Origin: Candidatus Eiseniibacteriota bacterium
Lineage (GTDB): Bacteria; Eisenbacteria; RBG-16-71-46
Direction of reading: 5' to 3'
Assembly: GCA_044222065.1 (NCBI GenBank)
Contig: JBGAOA010000006.1
Coordinates: forward strand, 1 to 64,000
Length of the DNA stretch: 64,000 nt
Both the position numbers and the translations under genes were made by a program. A model generated the notes under the pieces. The model saw only the letters and a program-made list of their open reading frames with translations. It was not told the DNA's origin and searched no databases. Numbering within the stretch: the first letter of the stretch is position 1; every line of letters begins with the position of its first letter. Of the stretch, positions 58,718-64,000 are shown in pieces.

Positions 58718-59875
58718 ATGACGTCGCTCCGTCTCGCGTTCCTCGCACTCGGCGTACTCGCGCTCGCGGCTCCGGTCGCCGCCGACGAGTCGGCCGGCTT
58801 CGTCGTCCGGCTCGGCCGCGACACCACCTCGGTCGAGCGCTACACGCGCAGCCCGAACCGCATCGAGGTGGACCAGGTCGGACGCGCACCGCGCGTCCTG
58901 CGCCGGCACGTCGTCTACGAGTTCACGAACGGCCAGATCACGTCGTTGACGCTCACGGCCACGCCGGCCGGCGCGACGACGCCGGCGCAGACGGTCGAGG
59001 CGAAGCTCGGTCCCGATTCGCTTCAGATGACGATCCGCACCGGGAACGCTCCGCCGCAGACGCCGAGCATCGCGCTGCCCCCGCGCACGCTCGTGCTCGC
59101 CAACGCGACGCCGTGGCCCGTGTACGAGGGCGAAATCGCGAAGCTCGTCCGCTCGAAGCGGGACACGGCCTCGTTCGCCGGCTACTTCGTCGGCGCGCCC
59201 AGCGTCGTTCGCTTCGGCCTGCGGCGCCTCGGACGCGACACCGTCGCGCTGACGACCGATCGCGGCGACGAGTACCGCGCGCGCGTGGACAAGGACGGCG
59301 TCGTGCTCGGCGTCGCGCCGGTCTCCGGCACGCAGAAGTTCTCGCTCGAGCGCGTCGCCGCGCCCGACATCGACGCGGTCGCTGCGGCGTTCGCCGAACG
59401 CGAGAAGGCCGGCGGTGCGTTCGGCGCGCTGTCGCCGCGCGACACGGTGCGGGCGACGCTCGGCGGCGCGTCGCTGCTCGTGGACTACGGGCGCCCGGCG
59501 CGCCGCGGGCGGAAGATCTTCGGCGAGGTCGTGCCCTACGGCGAGGTGTGGCGCACCGGCGCGAACGCCGCGACGCAGTTCCGCACCGACAAGGCGCTCG
59601 ACTTCGGCGGCACCGTCGTCCCGGCCGGCTTCTACACGCTGTGGACGCTGCCGACCGATCAGGGCTGGACGCTGATCGTGAATTCCGAGACCGGCCAGTG
59701 GGGCACCGCGCACAAGGCCGAGCGCGACGTCGCGAAGATCCCGATGCAGGTCTCCGCCGCGGGCGAGCCCGTCGAGAAGTTCACGATCCAGCTGCGCGAC
59801 TCGGACGACGGCGGCCTTCTGGTGCTCGAATGGGACACCGTGCGAGCGAGCGCCGCGTTCCGGGTGCAGCCGTGA
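58718..59875 (+). CDS. Secreted DUF2911 domain protein
   Basis: Signal peptide; [53 protein letters not shown]. Confidence 0.9.
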   Translation: MTSLRLAFLALGVLALAAPVAADESAGFVVRLGRDTTSVERYTRSPNRIEVDQVGRAPRVLRRHVVYEFTNGQITSLTLTATPAGATTPAQTVEAKLGPDSLQMTIRTGNAPPQTPSIALPPRTLVLANATPWPVYEGEIAKLVRSKRDTASFAGYFVGAPSVVRFGLRRLGRDTVALTTDRGDEYRARVDKDGVVLGVAPVSGTQKFSLERVAAPDIDAVAAAFAEREKAGGAFGALSPRDTVRATLGGASLLVDYGRPARRGRKIFGEVVPYGEVWRTGANAATQFRTDKALDFGGTVVPAGFYTLWTLPTDQGWTLIVNSETGQWGTAHKAERDVAKIPMQVSAAGEPVEKFTIQLRDSDDGGLLVLEWDTVRASAAFRVQP

Positions 59876-60024
59876 GCGGGCGCGCGCGGCGCTGAAGCGG
59901 CGCCGCGCGCGGGACGTCGCGCGCGGCGCCGCGAGGGCTTGACCCGCGAAGGACGCGCGCGGATTCTCGGCCGTCCTTCGGGGACGCGCGAACGCCGCGC
60001 GCCCCGCCGTCGAGGAGGCCCCCC

Positions 60025-63000
60025 ATTCCGCGCGAGTACGAGCCGTCGGGTTTCTTCGCGCTCCGCGCGCCCCTGTTGCCGTTCACGGACTGGCTCGCGT
60101 GGGGCGACGGCGCCTCCGCCGCGGACGCATCCGAGGGCGCGTGGCGCGCGGCGCGCGACCGCGGACGCGCGTGGCTCTCGAGCCGTCTCGAGGACCCCGT
60201 CGTGCGCGAGGCGATCGCGCTCGCGTCGCCCGACCTCGATGCGCGCATCGGCGCCTGGCGCGCCGATCCCGACGCCGAGCCCGGCGTCGAGGCGGGGCTC
60301 GTCAAATACGTCTCGCGCGCGTGCGTGCGCGCGACGCCGTTCGGCACGTTCGCGGCGACCTCGCTCGGCGCGCTCGGGAGCACGACGCGCCTCGCCTTGC
60401 CCGCGCGCGACGGATCGCGCCGCCACACGCGGCTCGACATGGACTTCCTGAGCGAGCTCGTGGCGCGGCTCGCGTCGGACCCGGAGGTGCGCGCGCGCGT
60501 GCCGTTCGCGCCGAACTCGAGCCTCTACCCGGCGGGCGACGCGCTGCGTTACGCCGAGGCGCGCCGCGTCGCCGGGGCGCGCGCGTACTTCCTCGTCGAG
60601 GTCGAGGCGAACGACGCCGTCACGGCCGCGCTCGAGGCGTCGAAGGGCGGGGCGACCCTCGAGGCGATCGCGCGCGCGCTCGCCGATCTCGGCGTCGCGC
60701 TCGAGGACGCGCGCGAGTTCGCGGGACAGCTCGCCGACGCGCAGCTGCTCGTCGCCGACCTCGGCCCGCTCGTGACCGGCGCGGACGCGCTCGAGGACCT
60801 GATCGCGCGCCTCGCGCGCCACGCGCCAGAGCATCCGGCTCACGCGGGCCTGCGCGAGGCGCGCGCCGCGCTCGCGGCGCTCGACGCGCGCGGACTCGAG
60901 CGCCGCGCGCGTCGTACGACGCACTCGCGGAGCGGCTCCGAACGCTCGCGCCCGTCGATCCGGCCCGGCTCGTCCAGGTGGACCTCTATCGCGGTGGCGA
61001 TCCGCCGGAGCTCGACCGCGGCCTCGTGCACGAGCTGCTGCACGCGGCGGAGACCGTGATCGCGCTGTTCGCGAAGGGGCACGCCGATCCGCTCGCGGCG
61101 TTTCGCGACGCGTTCGAGCGGCGCTATGGCGACCGCGAGGTGCCGCTCGTCGAGGCGCTCGACGAGGAGCTCGGCATCGGCTTCGAACCGAGCTCCGGGC
61201 CCGCGAGCGATCCGTCGCCGCTGCTCGTGGGACTGCCGTTCACGCCGCCCGAGGAGGAAGGTCGCGTGCCGTTCGGCTACCGCGCGCAGTTCGTGCAGTG
61301 GAAGCTCGCCGAGGCGATCGCCGCCGGGGCCGAGGAGCTGCGGCTCGATCCGCGCGAGCTCGAACGTTTCGCCGATCCCGACGCGCCGGGACTCGGCGGC
61401 GCGTTCCACCTGCTCGCCTCGCTGCTCGCGCCCGACGCCGCGGATACGGACGCGCCGCGGGCGCTGTTCGATTCGGCGGCCGGTCCGTCGGGCGCGCGGC
61501 TGCTCGGGCGGTTCGGCTTCGGGGACCCCGCGCTCGCCGAGCACGTGCGGGCGCACGTGCGGCGCGAGGAGGCGCTGCGGCCCGACGTCGTCTACTTCGA
61601 ACTCGTTCACCTGCCCGAGGGCCGCGTCGGAAACATTCTCGCGCGTCCCGTGCTCCGCGAATTCGAGCTCGCCTACCTCGGCGCCTCCGGCGCGCCGCCC
61701 GATCGCACGATCTCCGTGCTCGACCTCACCGTGCGGCTCGAGGGCGGGCGGATCGCGCTGCGATCGCGCGCGCTCGGACGCGAAGTCCGGCCGCGGCTCT
61801 CGTCGGCGCATTACGCGGGCGCGCGCAGCCTCGGGCTCTACCGGTTCCTCACCGCGCTCCAGGCCGAGGGTGTCGTCGAGGGCGCGGCCTGGCACTGGGG
61901 GCCGTTCGAACACCAGCCGCGGCTGCCGCGCGTGCGCATCGGGCAGGTCGTGCTCGCGCGCCGGCAGTGGAACGCGCGTCGCGACGAAGCCCGCCGCCTG
62001 CGCGAGCACTCGGGCCACGCGGCGTTCCTCGAGGCGGGCCGGTGGCGCGCGGCGCGCGACGTGCCGCGGTTCGCGGGCCTCGTGCACGCGGACAACGTGC
62101 TGCCCGTGGATTTCGATCAGCCGCTGTCGGTCGCGGCGTTCCTCGACGCGCTCAAGGGCCGCGACGGCTTCTCGCTCGTCGAGCTGTTCCCGGGCGCGCG
62201 CCCCGACGCCGCGCGCTCGCCCGAAGGCGGCTTCACGAACGAAGTCGTGATCCCGGTCGTGCGCGCGCCGGCCTCCGCGGCGGCGGCGCGCGAACCGGCG
62301 CGCGGCGGTCACGTCGATCGCGGGGCCCTCGGCCCGGGCTTCGCGCCCGGTTCGGAATGGCTGAGTGCGAAGCTCTACGGCGGTCCGAAGGGCGTGGATC
62401 GCGCGCTCGTCGAGGCGCTGCGCCCGGCGCTCGCGACGCTCGTGGACGCGGGCGACGTGCGGCGCGTCGAGGCGCGCGTCAGTGCGGGCTCGCGACGCTC
62501 GTGGACGCCGGCGACGTGCGGCGCGCGTTCTTCGTGCGCTACGCCGATCCGGGCTGGCACGTGCGCGTGCGGCTGCACGGCGAGCCCGCGACGCTGCTCA
62601 CACGCGCGCTGCCGGCGCTGCGCGCCGCCGCCGCGCCGCTCTTCGACGCCGGGGTGCTGCACGCGCTCGAGCTCGCGCCCTACCGGCGCGAGATCGTGCG
62701 CTACGGCGGGCCGGCCGCGATCGAAGCGTGCGAGGCGCTGTTCCACCACGACTCGCTCGCCGCGCTCGACGTGCTCGCCGGTGCGCCCGGGGAGCGCGGC
62801 CTCGAGGCGCGCTGGCGCCTCGCGCTCGTCGGCACCGACCGGCTGTACGCCGACTTCGGACTCGACGACGGCGCGCGCCACGAACTCTCGGGCCGGCTCG
62901 CGCGCGCGTTCGCCGCCGAGTTCCACGCCGACTCCGCCGCCCGTCGCGCGATGATGGCGCGCTATCGCGAGGTGCGCGCGGCGCTCGCGGCGCTGCTCGA

Positions 63001-63301
63001 CGGCGACGCCGGCGGCGACGACGCGCTCGCGCACGGCCTGCGCCGGATCGAGGCGCGCTCGCGCGCGAACGCCGCGCCGATCGAGGCGCTGCGCGCCCTC
63101 GATCGCGATCGTCGGCTCGGCGTGCCGCTCGAGGAGATCGTCGCGAGCCTCGCGCACATGCACGCGAATCGCGTGCTGCGCTCGTCGCAGCGCGCGCAGG
63201 AAATGGTGATCCACCACTACCTCGAGAACCTCTACGCCGCCCGGCGCGCGCGCGCGGCGCACGGCGTCGCCGCGACACCCGGCGCGGGAGGGACGCCGTG
63301 A
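60025..63301 (+). CDS. lanB: Class I lanthipeptide dehydratase (LanB-type, with C-terminal elimination domain), frameshifted in this sequence
   Basis: FFALRAPLLP, REAIALASP, KYVSRACVRATPFGTFA, VPLVEALDEELGIG, GPSGARLLGRF, GNILARP, PRLSSAH, LPRV, DNVL, NEVVIP, GSEWLSAKLY, FFVRYADPGWHVRVR, YRREIVRYGG, E.LF..DS, HMHANR; frame changes near 60905 and 62470. Confidence 0.9.
62429..62525 (+). repeat. 38-nt direct repeat (1 mismatch) with a 59-nt offset inside lanB
   Basis: GCTCGCGACGCTCGTGGACGC[G/C]GGCGACGTGCGGCGCG at 62429 and 62488. Confidence 0.9.
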
Positions 63302-63856
63302 GCGACGGTCGCGACCGGCTCGACCCGCTGTTCCGCCCCGAAGCGCTCGAGCACGCGCTGCGGGGGCGTTCGAGCGGCGCGCTGCTGCGGCTCTCGCCGG
63401 CGTGGAAGCACTGGGCCTTCGGCGTGCTCGTCGCCGCGTTCGCAGGCGCGCTCGTGCTCGCGGCGCGCGTGCCGTTCGGCGCGGACGTCGCGGGCCCCGC
63501 GCGCATCGTGCGCGCGCCCGACGGGCTCGAAGCCGTGCGCCTGCTGCCCGCGGGCGCGCGCGCTGCGCCCGGGGCAGCGCGCGTGGCTGCGGCTCGAACG
63601 CGCGAACCGAACGGCGGCCGCGGCGTCGGTCGTCGGCGTCGGCGGCGAAGCGCTCGGCGCCGAGGGCGTGCGGGCCGCGCTCGGCGAGGACGCGCGCGAC
63701 CTGCCGCCGTTCACGCCGCCGGTCGTCGTCGTGCGGGTCCGCTTGAACGCGGGCGCCGGCGCCGAGTTCGTGCCGGGGACGCACGCGCGGGCCTCGGTCC
63801 GCGTCGGCGAGCGGACGCTGCTCCAGGCGCTGCGGTTCCCGGACGCGACGCGATGA
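63298..63856 (+). CDS. Short HlyD-like secretion accessory protein, one frameshift
   Basis: GTG overlaps the lanB stop; PLFRPEALEH..GALLRLSP.W, TM helix, C-terminal PGTHARASVRVGERTLL; frame change near 63560. Confidence 0.65.
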
Positions 63857-64000
63857 GGCTCGAGTTCTCGAGGCCGCGGCTGCCGCACGTGCAGCAGCTC
63901 CACCTCGCCGACTGCGGACCCGCGTGTCTCGCGATGGTGCTCGGGCTGCACGGCCGGCACGGTTCCGTGGACGAGGTGCGCGAGCGCTTCGGCGCCGGCC
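63853..64000 (+). CDS. lanT: Peptidase C39-containing ABC transporter, N-terminal fragment
   Basis: ATGA overlap with the previous gene; LPHVQQLHLADCGPACLAMVLGLHGR is the C39 catalytic-Cys motif. Confidence 0.85.
   Translation, partial: MRLEFSRPRLPHVQQLHLADCGPACLAMVLGLHGRHGSVDEVRERFGAG

Noticed and set aside
59939..59980. TTGACC-N17-GATTCT promoter-like match overlapping a 9-bp inverted repeat upstream of lanB
   Set aside because: The -10 element is weak; plausible but not supportable from sequence alone.

Overview
A very GC-rich bacterial window with about 38 protein-coding genes and no rRNA, tRNA, CRISPR array or recognisable mobile element. Six secreted proteins end in a FlgD-Ig/T9SS-like C-terminal sorting domain, and a TPR-sigma54 activator is present; this gene content suggests a 'Candidatus Eisenbacteria'-like organism (inference, not verified). 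Routine content: hotdog thioesterase, nitronate monooxygenase, two M20 hydrolases, serine hydrolase, Cys/Met PLP lyase, CreD, an RND pump, class III aminotransferase and a cold-shock protein. Best candidates for undescribed biology: (1) an ECF sigma / membrane Ser-Thr kinase / secreted TPR-CHAT (caspase-like) protease operon (48118-53659) in which the kinase's extracytoplasmic domain and the protease share the motif RGIGGxAPS, suggesting a protease-activated receptor kinase; a second CHAT gene carries RGVGG at the same position; (2) a 100-aa secreted-peptide gene translationally coupled to a TPR-sigma54 activator (31953-34726), where the peptide and the N-terminal TPR half form a low-GC block, resembling a swappable RRNPP-like peptide-sensing cassette; (3) a structured leader that can sequester the Shine-Dalgarno site upstream of an ankyrin-repeat gene (10591-10693); (4) the start of a class I lanthipeptide cluster at the right edge. 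Several genes carry clustered frameshifts that are probably sequencing or assembly errors. All calls come from reading motifs by eye; no searches were run.
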